DNA of 64,000 bases from Octopus sinensis (lineage: Eukaryota): contig NC_043008.1 of NCBI RefSeq assembly GCF_006345805.1, positions 31,496,001-31,560,000 on the forward strand. Direction: 5' to 3'. Below are positions 1 through 11,214 of this stretch, piece by piece. A model generated the notes under the pieces. The model was not told the origin of the DNA. It did no database searches and was given only the letters and a program-made list of their open reading frames with translations. Made by a program: the position numbers and the translations under genes. Numbering within the stretch: position 1 is the stretch's first letter; every line of letters starts with the position of its first letter.

Positions 1-27
1 GGAGAGAGAGAGAGAGAGAGAGAGAAG
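1..27. repeat. (GA)n microsatellite, cut by the window edge
   Basis: Direct read. Confidence 0.95.
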
Positions 28-46
28 ATATGGCGTTGTTTAGACG

Positions 47-141
47 CCGGTATGGCTGTGTAGTTAAGAAGTTCGCTTCGTGACCAAGTGGTTTCGCGTT
101 CAGTGCCACTAGGTTGCATCTTGGGCAAGTATCATCTACAG
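47..141 (+). mobile_element. SINE family A, degenerate tRNA-like head fragment
   Basis: GGCTGTGTAGTTAAGAAG..GTTCAGTGCCACT..CTTGGGCAAGT matches the head seen in many other family-A copies in the window. Confidence 0.6.
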
Positions 142-480
142 CAGTGTTTCCCAACCCATTTGCCCCCAGGCCCCGTTATAACTTTCTAGAAAAATGTATG
201 CCTTACTGATGGCATTTTCGCCATAAATCAATCAATAAAAAGTTATTAGTATTTAAGTTTGAAAATTTTGGTAATTTTAGCCTATCGTAAGCCACAGATA
301 CATTCATGACTGTTTCCATTGTAACCAGCGGAACAAGAGAACTCTTTTGTTGGTGAGAAACACGTGCCTGTTTCCACAGTAACAAGCGGAACTGAGAACT
401 CTTATTTGCGAGAAAGAACATGTTGACAAATTTGACACAGTGTTCTGTTGGAAATTTTTCTTTTTGATTATGGCAGCAAG
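142..480. mobile_element. hAT-type element end (TIR-like CAGTGTTTCCCAACC); inner boundary uncertain
   Basis: CAGTGTTTCCCAACC at 142-156 resembles the other hAT MITE termini here (4992, 30720). No clean partner TIR was found. Confidence 0.4.
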
Positions 481-501
481 CTCCTGTAACCTCGCGTAGG
501 G

Positions 502-591
502 TTTGTTAACCCGAAAGATGGAACTAACACTCAACAAGTAGAGAGTACGTGGGCTTCTGTGAAGCGAGCTCATAAACGGCGCTCTGGCACT
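502..591 (+). pseudogene. Merlin/IS1595-like transposase C-terminal fragment
   Basis: Translates FVNPKDGTNTQQVESTWASVKRAHKRRSGT, matching the Merlin/ISXO2 FVxPxxGxxTQxxExxW motif around the catalytic E. Only 30 aa long. Confidence 0.55.
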
Positions 592-987
592 CCCTAGCCA
601 CATTCAGATGGCTGATCCCCCTTATGTTATAGAGCAGTTACTGTTTATATATCGCTCAGAGATTTATTAATGTTTTCGAACGGATTTTCTACGCCAGTGA
701 CTGTGGTTACTGTGAAAATCCCTATATATCCAGCCTGTAGAGGGAGTCCCTCAACGAAGAACGGTACTTGCCATGCGTTGACAAGAGGCAATAACCTCGA
801 AACCGGTCCGTATGTAGTATCCGTATCTTCGGGGAGGCTGATCTCCCTTTGCGGGCTGGCAAGGACACCGAGATGGTGTCAGCCCTTCTGGTGACGTCGA
901 TGATCGCCTGGGGCTAAATGCATCAGTAACACCCCCACCACCCCGCCCTGTCCCTAGCCACATTCAGATGGCTGATCCCCCTTATGT
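591..987 (+). mobile_element. Retrozyme-like / PLE pLTR-like unit: 360-bp monomer plus 37-bp terminal redundancy, carrying an HHR
   Basis: Identical 37-bp direct repeats TCCCTAGCCACATTCAGATGGCTGATCCCCCTTATGT at 591-627 and 951-987, an internal HHR, and several local hairpins. Confidence 0.7.
772..814 (+). ncRNA. Minimal type-I hammerhead ribozyme, U3-A8 variant
   Basis: CATGCG|TTGACAA|GAGG caataa CCTC|GAAAC CG GTC^|CGTATG. Stem I is 6 bp (one G-U), stem II is 4 bp, helix III is the palindrome ACCGGT, and the predicted cut is after C808. Confidence 0.8.
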
Positions 988-1489
988 ATTGAAACCATTT
1001 GTGGGGAAATATTGTAATATGTTTATCGCATGTAACGTGTTGTTCATCGCATTTCCATTAAATGCATATTGAATGCTTAAAAGTGCTTGTCTACTCGTTT
1101 CTTTTTGTCATTGAAGTGGTTGTGAGGTGTGCTAAAAATAACAGCTAAATAACGTTTTTTGGATACATTTTTTAAGTTCGTGCTGTAGCATTAAATGCAT
1201 ATTGAATGTTTCAAACTACAAACCACATGTTTACAAATACTGACAACACGTACTATTTTCAGGATGTTGACAACAAAATGTGCAGTCACGCACAAAATGA
1301 CAGCTTCCAAATCCTGTTTCTTGACTTGGTGAGAATGATTAAACTTTAAACCTCTAAAACTTTTTAAAAACATTTTTCTGAAAAAAGTGAAATAACTCAA
1401 GCAATTCAGCTTGGAAAAATATATTATTGTGCCAAATTTTCGATAAACTTTAATTTTTGAAATGCTGGCAGCCAAACTAACTAGATCCA

Positions 1490-1640
1490 AGAATTATTTT
1501 AGTAGAATGAATCAACACCAGTACTTTTTTTAAGAGCCAGGTACTTATTCTATCGAAATCTTTTGCTGAACCGCTAAGTTTAGGAGACATAAACACACCA
1601 ACAATGGCTGTCAAGCTATGGTGGGAAACAAGCACAGACA

Positions 1641-1671
<31 letters not shown>

Positions 1672-1847
1672 CACACACAATTCATATACGACAGACTTTT
1701 TTCAGTTTCTGTTTACCAAATCCACTAACAAGGCTTTGGTTGGCACGAGACTATAGTAGAAGACACTTACCCAAGGTGCCATGCAGTGGAGCTGAACCCA
1801 TGTGGTTGGGAAGCAAGCTTCATACCACACAGCCACACCTGCGCCTA
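1490..1847 (-). mobile_element. SINE family A (tRNA head, CORE-like CCTTGGGCAAGT segment, internal CA tract)
   Basis: Reverse complement matches the family-A layout shared by more than 12 copies in the window. Confidence 0.85.
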
Positions 1848-1869
1848 ATTAGATACTTTTCTTAAACTT

Positions 1870-2482
1870 ATTTTAAATATATTTTCAATATATAATTTAG
1901 CAGTCAATAATGCACAGCTATCTATATGTTTTGGTGTTTCGATCATCTTTCAAGTGAAGTAATGCCTTTATGATGTAAGATAACTGCTTCCTGCAACTTT
2001 AACTTCGTATGTACAAGATCACTTTCTTGCATTTAAAAATTTAAGTTTCTGTGTAATACGATCTATGTCTTGGAAATTGGCCTTTAGGAAGTTGTAGGAG
2101 TCTTCGAATAACTTCTAAAACATTACGGAGCAATTCAATATCTATCATTCTATCTTTTAGTAGCAATATTTCAAATACCCACAACACGATATATAAATAG
2201 CAAGCGGGTAACAAACACTTATTTTTGTTGCCAAACCTTTATGAATACCATTCATATTTGCTACGTTATCAAAACATTTGCCAGCAAGTTTGTCACGTTT
2301 CAGTTACAGCTCCCAGGGTACACTTTTGACTAACTCGTAATGAATATTTCCTTCAGTAGAAAACTTTGTTTTAAAAGTCGATGACAGGCTCTTTAATTAG
2401 TCCTTCAGGGATGAAAATAAAGCATATTATGATTGGCTTAATTCTGCTGAAGTCTGATGACTCATCAATGATAATGGAATAT
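1870..2482 (-). pseudogene. hAT transposase fragment (ZMYM1-like/DUF4371 type), with stops and frameshifts
   Basis: Minus strand gives YSIIIDESSDFSR..EGLIKE (first catalytic D motif) and LAGKCFDNVANMNGIHKGLATKISVCYPLAIYISCCG (CxDGAxxMSG...HC region). Confidence 0.7.
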
Positions 2483-2690
2483 CAGTTTCAAATTTTGGTG
2501 CAAAGCCAGTAATTTCGGGAGAGGGCGTAAGTAGATTACATCGACTTCAGTGTTCAATTGGTACTTATTTTATCGATTCCGAAAGGATGAAAGGCAAAGT
2601 TGATCCCGGCTGAATTTCAACGCAAAACGTAGACAGATGAAATGCCGCTAAGCATTTTGCATGCTCGCTACTCTACTAGCCAGCCGCCTT
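2483..2690 (-). mobile_element. SINE family B (tRNA head plus Meta-like CCTTTCATCCTTTCGGGGTCGATAAA domain)
   Basis: Reverse-complement match to the family-B copy at 18419. Other copies lie near 7370, 11585, 25480, 26405, 26880, 32300, 32515, 33690, 44300, 46530, 47410, 48480 and 55165. Confidence 0.8.
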
Positions 2691-3274
2691 AAGGATAATG
2701 GATTATCGTAGACGCGTATGAGGTGGACAACAGGTAAGGTTTACTGCGTATGCGTATCAATCCGGCTTTTCGGTATTTCTCCTATGCTACGGAAATTTCT
2801 TAAATTGAAAATGCAAAGGTTTCAAGAATCGAATTTGCTATGATTATCTGCGTGACCTAGTTGAGTTACGTTTGTTTGGTAATGAGCAACTGAGTTTCGA
2901 TGAAAATTGTCAAGTATTCTCGGTTCTGTACACCATCTTGCTTGTATGGCGTATTTAGTTGATATATCACCGACGTTTTGTACTTTGTATTTGCTCTATC
3001 GTCTATCCTCTTCATAAGAAAAGCCTGCAGATGTTCTCTTGCTCGCACTTTATATTAGTACAAATAAGAATTTCTAACAAAGGTACATAGCCAAAAATTT
3101 TATAGGAGGAAATAATGTCAACTATATTGACCCACTCCTTATCTAGTGTTTTATTTCATTGCCCACAGAAACAGAGAAATGTGAAGTGTGTTGACAATGC
3201 TAACTAACCCTTTCATGACTTAAATTCTGATAGGTAAACTGTTTCATTAAATCTCTAGTGCCAGTTTAGCATAC

Positions 3275-3620
3275 AGTAAACGTGGCCATTTACAATTTAG
3301 TATGCTATCTAATGCCAATTCTAGACCATAGCTCTAACCCTAACATAAACCATAACAAGGCATGCACAAACGAATTTTACGTAACAAGTAAACACAAACA
3401 AAAGGAATAATAATTTTATATAAAACGAATAACTTTAAAATTCTATAAAGCAATGCAAACAATGGAAAATAACTTAAACATTAATTTTATATATACTCAG
3501 GCTTTCCAAACGAATTTAGCTGTTTAGGATCTCAAGCTTTTCAAACGTATTTAGCTGTTTACGTTAACTACGTCACAAAATAGCTGTTTACGTCACAGTA
3601 ACAGTATGTTTAGACGCAGC
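3275..3620. mobile_element. Probable non-autonomous element with a CCCTAA-like tract and AGCTGTTTA repeated three times
   Basis: CTAACCCTAACATAAACCATAAC near 3335; AGCTGTTTA at about 3518, 3553 and 3582. Loosely resembles 19565-19721. Confidence 0.3.
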
Positions 3621-4037
3621 AAATGATTTCAGCTCAAAAGAGAGAATACGATTGGTTAAAATTCGAAGAATTAAACTACGTAAAACTTACAAATTACAAT
3701 TTTCTCAAAAAAGCCAAGTGAAATTAATGTTTTCTTTTGACACATTCTACCAGTATACGAAGTTTCAAATTGTTCAGTTAACAAGAAATTCCGTCCATCA
3801 AAAGGAAAAGATCCTTATCGTTTTCAAATTTAGTAGATTCCAAATATTATGATCTCTGTATACTATTTCATGTTACCAGTTATTGTTACCTGAGAGTCTA
3901 CTCTATAAACTGATCGCAATAAGCGGCTTCCAGTCTCGCTCCTTCTATTTTTCTCCCCCTCATACACACACACGTGTGTGAGTGATTGCATCTTTTGTCG
4001 GGGAAAGGCCAAATGAAATAAAGTTACATGTAAGTTC

Positions 4038-4425
4038 GCGCGCGCACACACACACACACATACACACACACAAGCACACACACAGACATACACACGCACA
4101 CACATACACACACACACAAGCACACACACAGACATACACACGCACACACATACACACACACATACACACACACAAGCACACACACAAACGTACACACACG
4201 CTCTGTCTCACATACACTCACTTTCTCACAAACACGCACACACACACATACGAACGCACATCAACACGTACACTCATACATACACTCACACACACTCTGC
4301 CTCTTACTCTCTCTCTCTCTCTCCCTCCCTCCCTCTCTCTTCCACACACATTGAGAGAGGAAGGAGGACAGACAGACAAACAGAGAAGCAGGCAGACAGG
4401 TAGACAGGCAGGCAGACAGGTAGGG
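4038..4425. repeat. Compound microsatellite (CG/CA/CT/GACA)
   Basis: Direct read; source of the spurious HT/VC ORFs. Confidence 0.95.
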
Positions 4426-4991
4426 AAGGAAATAGACATGTATATAGATAAAGAAAAGCGTCAGTTAAAGCGTCTTTTTGTTAAGTAGAAGGCAGATACA
4501 ATGTACCGAAATGAAACAATGAAGATATGTTGTTAGGAGCGGAGAAAGTTGTTAATAGGAAATTAAATATGAAATAATTGCGTTGGGAAGTGGAACGAAA
4601 AACATAAAACCCCTGACGTTTGAGAGAATAAATGTAAAAACAATGAGGTATATACAAAGAAAGACAAGGGAACAAAAACAACACCAAATATAAAAAAGAA
4701 GGAAACCAGAATGGAACTATAATAACAAGTGGACTATAAATACGAAAATTTGTCAAATATAAAAGAAATTATATATAAAAAATCTTATTTCTATGAAAAT
4801 AAACTGTTGATAGATTTCAAAGAGACCCTAAAAGAATTGTAAAAAAAAAAAAATGGCTTGTAGAAGGTTTCAAATAAATACTTCCAGCTGTAGTTAGATT
4901 AGCAATTAAATGAGTATCTTTAAAAAATCTTTGTTCGTTATAAATAACTTTGAAGATCACAATTGTAGGTTTAACCCTTTAGCATTTAAAC

Positions 4992-5334
4992 CAGTGTTTC
5001 TCTATAGGGGTCCATATGGCCCCTAAGGTTCCGTATAAGACTTTTGGGGGTCCACATAACAAAATAGAAAATTAGGGGTCCACAAGAGTATTCTAAGGGT
5101 CCATAAAAAAATTTTGCAGCAGGTGTATGCATCGGTATGTATTACACGAAACAGCTGGGGTTTTTTTCTCGAACATTTCATGTAGTTCAACCTACACAAT
5201 GTGTGAATAACAAAATGGGAGTTTTGAAAGAAGTGTCTATAAAACTAGTTTTTGAACATCGAATGGCTATGGGGGTCCACTAGAAAAAATGTAACTAAAG
5301 GGATCCATAGATAAAAAATGGTTGAGAACCCCCG
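4992..5334. mobile_element. hAT MITE nested in the piggyBac MITE
   Basis: Termini CAGTGTTTCTC..GGTTGAGAACCCCCG, repeated GGGGTCC(A) subterminal motifs, and 8-bp flanks ATTTAAAC / ATAAAAAC (imperfect TSD). Confidence 0.75.
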
Positions 5335-5494
5335 ATAAAAACTGACCATATCAGACCCAAATATTCTAGCTGTTTTATGTTCAATCCAGCCAGGTCTAAC
5401 GTCTCACCCCTATCCTACAATGTCATTCTAAAAATAAAGAATCACATACATTATTTATATATGACGGATATTTGTCCTCATCTTGTTTTTTGTT

Positions 5495-5540
5495 AACACA
5501 ACGTTTCAGCTGCTATACCCTCCAGCCTTCATCGGGTGTC
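5495..5540 (-). ncRNA. Minimal type-I HHR, left arm (U4 to C lesion)
   Basis: Reverse complement: GACAC|CCGATGA|A|GGCTG loop CAGCT|GAAAC GTT^|GTGTT. Confidence 0.7.
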
Positions 5541-5864
5541 TTGGGGAAAATTCGAGCCTGGGTTCTCATTCCTAAGGTATTTTTTTCGATGTTATTATTA
5601 TTATTATTATTATTCGAACTTGGAATTAGCAGCCTGCGCTCTTAACCACTACGCCATATACCCGTGGGCAATTATGGAATGAATTTTAGGGCTTATAAAT
5701 CTAATATTCTCCTTTCCTTTCTTAGGAAGGATAGGAGAATATTAGATTTATAGGCCCTAAAATTCACTCCATAATTCGATTCCAGGCAGTGAACTGAATG
5801 ATATAATAACAACAACATCGAGAAATACCTTAGGAATGAGAACCCAGGTTCAAAATTTCCTCCA

Positions 5865-5910
5865 GACACCTGATGAAGGCTTGAAGGTATATCAGCTAAA
5901 ACGTTGTGTT
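5865..5910 (+). ncRNA. Minimal type-I HHR, right arm (G12 to A lesion)
   Basis: GACAC|CTGATGA|A|GGCTT loop CAGCT|AAAAC GTT^|GTGTT. Confidence 0.7.
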
Positions 5911-6186
5911 AACAACAAACAAGATGAGGACAAATATTCGTCAAATGTAAATAGTGTAAATAATGTACATAATTCTTCATGTCTTAAATATAGAACTGAA
6001 AGAATCACATCGTTGAAACCTCAAATCTATGAGATAATGTATGATTAATTCAAAACGATGTAAATAAATAAGCAGGACATTTGACAGAGTAATCTGAATG
6101 CTAAAGGGTTAATATCGTCTGGTAGCGGGTTTAGACACTTGAAACGAACTTAGGGTATTTACTAGTACAGATATGGACCAATGAGA

Positions 6187-6612
<426 letters not shown>

Positions 6613-7251
6613 ACACCACTGTAAAAGTTGAAGATTTTAAAGGATGAAGGAAAGAACAAAGGAGAAAAGCCAAATATTTTGAAATAAGCAGAAAGGAAAA
6701 ATAAACAGAGGAATTTATATAAATAGTTTACATTTTCTTTTCAAAAAAGTGTTTTATTGATTGCTCCTAAAACTCAGAGAAAACTCTTTGTTACATAAGA
6801 ACATCATACGTGGAATTCTTACAAAGCCACAGCTGCTGAAAACTCCTACAAAGATAAGAATACATATATCATTATTATTCTTACATTTAATGTATTCCTA
6901 ACTCATTCAGTTTACAGCAGCTGGCAGCACTATGTGATGGGTGACTTCATGTTGCTATTGAAATTGTAAATAATTCTGTCAATGAATCAGCCCCACCACA
7001 ACTTTACGCAAGTTGTAGCTACTTAGAGACTATACAATACAGATTTCTTTGAAATTAGCCACAGTGTCACGATATTTGTTAAGTGAAGGATGTGTGAGTG
7101 TGTGTGTGTGTATTTGTGTAAGAAAAAAGAAAGAAAGAAAGAGAAAAAGAAATAGATAATTTGATTCAAAGTATATATGCACAAGCATACATAAGATGAT
7201 GCTAATTGATAGATGAATATATACCTACTTTCACTATAGTAAACACGTAAT

Positions 7252-7252
<1 letters not shown>

Positions 7253-7329
<77 letters not shown>
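7253..7329. repeat. (TAC)n microsatellite
   Basis: Direct read. Confidence 0.95.
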
Positions 7330-7707
7330 AGCTGCTATTATAAGCTTTCCAAATGTGAACCAATATCTATTTCAAATTTTGGCATAAGGCCAACAAGTTC
7401 GGGGGCGGGAGTAAAATCGATTACATCGAGCCCAGTGCTCAGCTGGTCCTTAATTTATCGTCTCTGAAAGGATAAAAGGCAAAGTCATCTTTATTGGAGT
7501 TTGAACTCAGAACGCAAAGACAGACGAGCATTTTGCCCAGCTTAATGGGATCCTACACTAAGTAGCCGCAATACAACAACAGACTCTTAGGAACCAGTGT
7601 TCCCTTTTTTTTTCCTCTAACAATTTTTGGAAATTCTTTTGTCTCCGACTTGGCAAGAAGACTTGCCTAGAAGATCACCTATGACACCAGACACTCATCT
7701 TCATTTT

Positions 7708-8053
7708 TACCACCACCACCACCACCACTACCAACAACAACACCACTAACACCAACACCAGCAACACCAACACCACCAATACCAACAACGACAACACGAC
7801 TACAGTAACACTTCATCACCTCTACCAGAACTACTAATGCCACCATCACCACATCTACAACCCATATCACCACCAACACAACCACCACTATCACAACTGC
7901 CACTACTACCCATACCACCACCACTGCCACTATCAACACCACCATTACTACCACAACCACCACCACTTCTACAACAATCATCACAATCACCACCACCATA
8001 AACACCACCGTTATAATCACCACCACCACCATCATAATCATCACCACCATCAC
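7708..8053. repeat. Degenerate (ACC/ACA)n trinucleotide tract
   Basis: Direct read; gives poly-V/poly-G pseudo-ORFs. Confidence 0.9.
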
Positions 8054-8447
8054 AGTCCAACTTATGTAGCAATTATTAAGTATCTTATTAATCTGTGTGC
8101 TTGAATATCTTCCAACACTATTTACTGTCCGTCTACCCTTTGTCCTGCGTGTCTTGTGGCTTGTAAAGGAGTCGGTGGATCATTAATTAATAGCTGTAAA
8201 AGTCATAGAAGACTGCACGCTGGCTTCTTAAATGCTCTTGATTACTTCCGGTCGCACACAAGTAAGGAGTTCCGGTCTCCTATGAAGGGAAACTTTGAAC
8301 TTATAATGAGAAGCTGTCAAACAGAGTTTGAAGTGGTGACTGTTTTCTTCTCTTTAAATATTTGTGTTTACAGCACACTTTTCTTCTGCGTTTAACACAC
8401 GCGCGCGCACAAATACATACATGCACGCACGCAAGCACACACACACA

Positions 8448-8496
<49 letters not shown>

Positions 8497-8522
8497 CACA
8501 CACACACATAATTCTCCACCTA

Positions 8523-8751
8523 TCAATTCTTTTACTTATCTCAGTCATTTGACTGCGGCCATGCTGAAGCACCGCCTTTAAGAGTCTTAGTCAAACAAAT
8601 CGACCCTAGGTCTTATTTTTGTTAAAGCCTAGTACTTATTCTATCGGTCTCTTTTGCTGAATCGTTAAGTTACGGGGACCTAAACACACCAACACAGGTT
8701 GTTAAGCAGTGATGGGGGACAAACACACACACACACATATACAAACATAAT

Positions 8752-8794
<43 letters not shown>

Positions 8795-9030
8795 ATATAT
8801 ATATACACATATACTCATATAAGAGGAACAACAACCAAGGTGGATTCCTAATATACTAGATTAAATTGATATTAATTAATTAATATTAATTTCTACCCTC
8901 ATTATATATACACACACACACGACAGGCTTCTTTCAGTTTCCGTCTACTATATCCACTCACAAGGCTTTATTCGGTTAGGGGCTATAGTAAACGACACTT
9001 GCCCAAGGTGCCCTGCAGTGGGACAAAACC
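8523..9030 (-). mobile_element. SINE family A, with a short AT-rich insert in its microsatellite
   Basis: Tail TTTGACTGCGGCCATGCTG..CACCGCC at about 8548; GCCCAAGGTGCC..CAGTGGGAC near 9001. Confidence 0.85.
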
Positions 9031-9359
9031 TTTTAACAGTTGATCATTTTACTATAAAAAGCTTATACAATGCGTTTTTAGAGTAAAATTTACAAATCAT
9101 CATCCACATTAAGTTAGTTTAGAAGTGATAGCTCACTTTATATTTAGGTGGGTGCTTAGCATAACAACAGCTTAAAATGTGAGCGCTACAAAAATAAAGG
9201 TTTAGAACCCTTCAAGGCGCTCCATCTAGCCGCTGTCTAATGACTGAAACAAGTAAAAGATAGCGCGGCTGTGTGCTAAGGTTCAGTCCCACTGCGTTAG
9301 CACCTTGGGTAAGTGTTTTTCTGCTTTAGCCTCGGGCCGACCAAAGTATTGTGAGTGGT

Positions 9360-9655
9360 TTAACCACTACGCCATACGCCTGTGGCATATAGCGTAGTGG
9401 TTAAGAGCGCGAGCTACTAACCCCAAGATTCCGAGTTCGATTCCAAGCAGTGACTTAAACAATAACAACAACAACAACAATAATAATAATAACATCGAAA
9501 AGTACCTTAGGAATGAGAACCCAGGTTCGAAATTCCCCCCATCCCCACCCGACACCTGAAGAAGGCTGGAGGGTATATCAGCCCAAAACGTTGTTAACAA
9601 CAAAAATGATGAGGACAAATATCCGCCGAATGTAAATAATGTAAATAATGTATGA
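9360..9655 (+). mobile_element. Third copy of the tRNA-head/HHR element, preceded by an inverted copy of its own 5-prime end, and interrupting a family-A SINE
   Basis: TTAACCACTACGCCATA (9360-9376) is inverted to TATAGCGTAGTGGTTAA (9388-9404). A-box TAGCGTAGTGG, B-box GTTCGATTCC, same tail as 5780-5970. Confidence 0.85.
9551..9595 (+). ncRNA. Degenerate minimal HHR (G12 region mutated, stem I partner shortened)
   Basis: GACAC|CTGAAGA|A|GGCTG gagggtatat CAGCC|CAAAAC GTT|GTT. Confidence 0.6.
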
Positions 9656-11214
9656 TAGATAGATATTCGTGTGCGCGCGCGCGCGCGTGTGTTTGTTTCC
9701 ACCATCACCACTTGACAACTGGAGTTGGTGTGTTTACGTCCCCGTAACTTAGCGGTTCGACAAAGTAATAAGTACCAGGCTTTAAAAAATGTAAGTCCTG
9801 AGGTCGATCCGTCCGATAAAAAACTCCTTTTAAGTCGTGCCCCAGCATGGCTGCAGTCTAATGACTGGAACAAATAAAAGATAAAAGACACGCACATACA
9901 CACGCACTCTCATATCATCCATCAGGAAATATTTATATGAGCATTTCTTGAACACTTTTGGTGTAAAATACCTCGCTAGGACTAATTATTAATTACCCAG
10001 TGGAATAAGTAAATATCTTGTTACCGAGTAAATTATATCCCTAGGACAGTAATAACGAATTATTTTATATCTGGCAAGATTTTTCTTTCTTTTTCTTTCT
10101 CCCCTCCCCCCCATTTTGTGTGTAAATAATCTTTAGAAAATATACTTATATCGGTTTACGCTTTAGATAAACGCTTATAGGGTAAGCAGGTTAATTTTCT
10201 AATATATTTATAACACTTGTAGTTCAATAAAATGTAACCAGAAGTTTGAAATTAAAGATAAAAATTAAATAAGTAATACATTCAAATGTTGGCACAAGGC
10301 CAGCAATTCAAAGGAAAAGAGATACGTGACTGGTACTGTATTTTATCATTCTTGAAATGAGGAAACGTCACATTAACCGCAGCGGGATGTGAGCCCAGAT
10401 CACAACGAACCGGGTGAAATGCCACCAACCAAGAATTTCGTGTGATGTTTTAACGGCTCTTCTAGCTCGCTCCCTTTGTAAAGATAAACTACTCAAAAGA
10501 TGATAAATATAGTTAACTTCAATGATATTTTGTTGCGGAAATAAAAAATTTAAGAAAAAATCAGTTGCTTTAGTGTTGGGAATAGAGCGTCTAAATTCAG
10601 ACGTCGTTTAGCCGAATAGTTGAGAAGTTGACCTCGTATCTAGAAGATCCTGATTTCGGTCCTAGTACTAGCATCTCTGACAAATGTCTTATTTTTTCAA
10701 AACCCCGGGTCTTCTGAGTGACATAAGCCACATGGAAACTAAAAATTACAGGTATAATCTCCACCGGGATCTTATACCTGTAATTTTAAAAGTACAACTT
10801 TGCCTCACACTGTCACTTTAGAATTACTTGAAGTGTACCCGTAACTGTGTCTGTGGAAGGCTCAGCCACATATATATTACTTTAGGAGCAGCTAAATTCA
10901 GTTGATCAAACAATTGAATCTTTATCGTTGAATGATGGAGGTCCACCTCAGCGCTTACATGTTTCGCGAACAGCTCAGCACCCATTCTGTTTCCTGTTCT
11001 GTTTCAACTCAATTCAACTCAATTCTCAACACCGATTCTGTTTCAACTCAACACCCATTCTGTTCCCCTTGCTTGATTTTTATATTACACTGTGTAACAT
11101 AATTTTTGTTCTTAGGTAGCAACTGTTATTTCCTGTTTGTTTACTCCTAGAAAGTATTTCCTTTAAACTTTGCTTTTGTTACATTTATTGAAACCCCAAA
11201 TAATTCCTCTCAAC

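Larger units (their letters stand above)
5448..5998. mobile_element. Palindromic double-arm element: arms of tRNA-like head plus HHR tail, facing outward around a central 107-bp hairpin
   Basis: The arms are reverse complements, and the right arm retains only the B-box part of the head. Central inverted repeat at 5670-5776. The 12-bp TSD AAAGAATCACAT lies at 5436-5447 and 5999-6010. Confidence 0.85.
4975..6108. mobile_element. piggyBac-type MITE hosting two nested insertions
   Basis: TTAA|CCCTTTAGCATT at 4971-4986 and AATGCTAAAGGG|TTAA at 6097-6112. Confidence 0.85.

Noticed and set aside
10742-10787. 16-bp perfect inverted repeat hairpin
   Set aside because: Real but isolated; no ribozyme core, TSD or second copy in the window, so no functional claim.
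10951-10981. Minus-strand GAAACATGTA with a possible GTGCT/AGCGC stem I
   Set aside because: There is no CUGANGA core or credible stem II, and the 5-prime strand belongs to an adjacent short tandem repeat.
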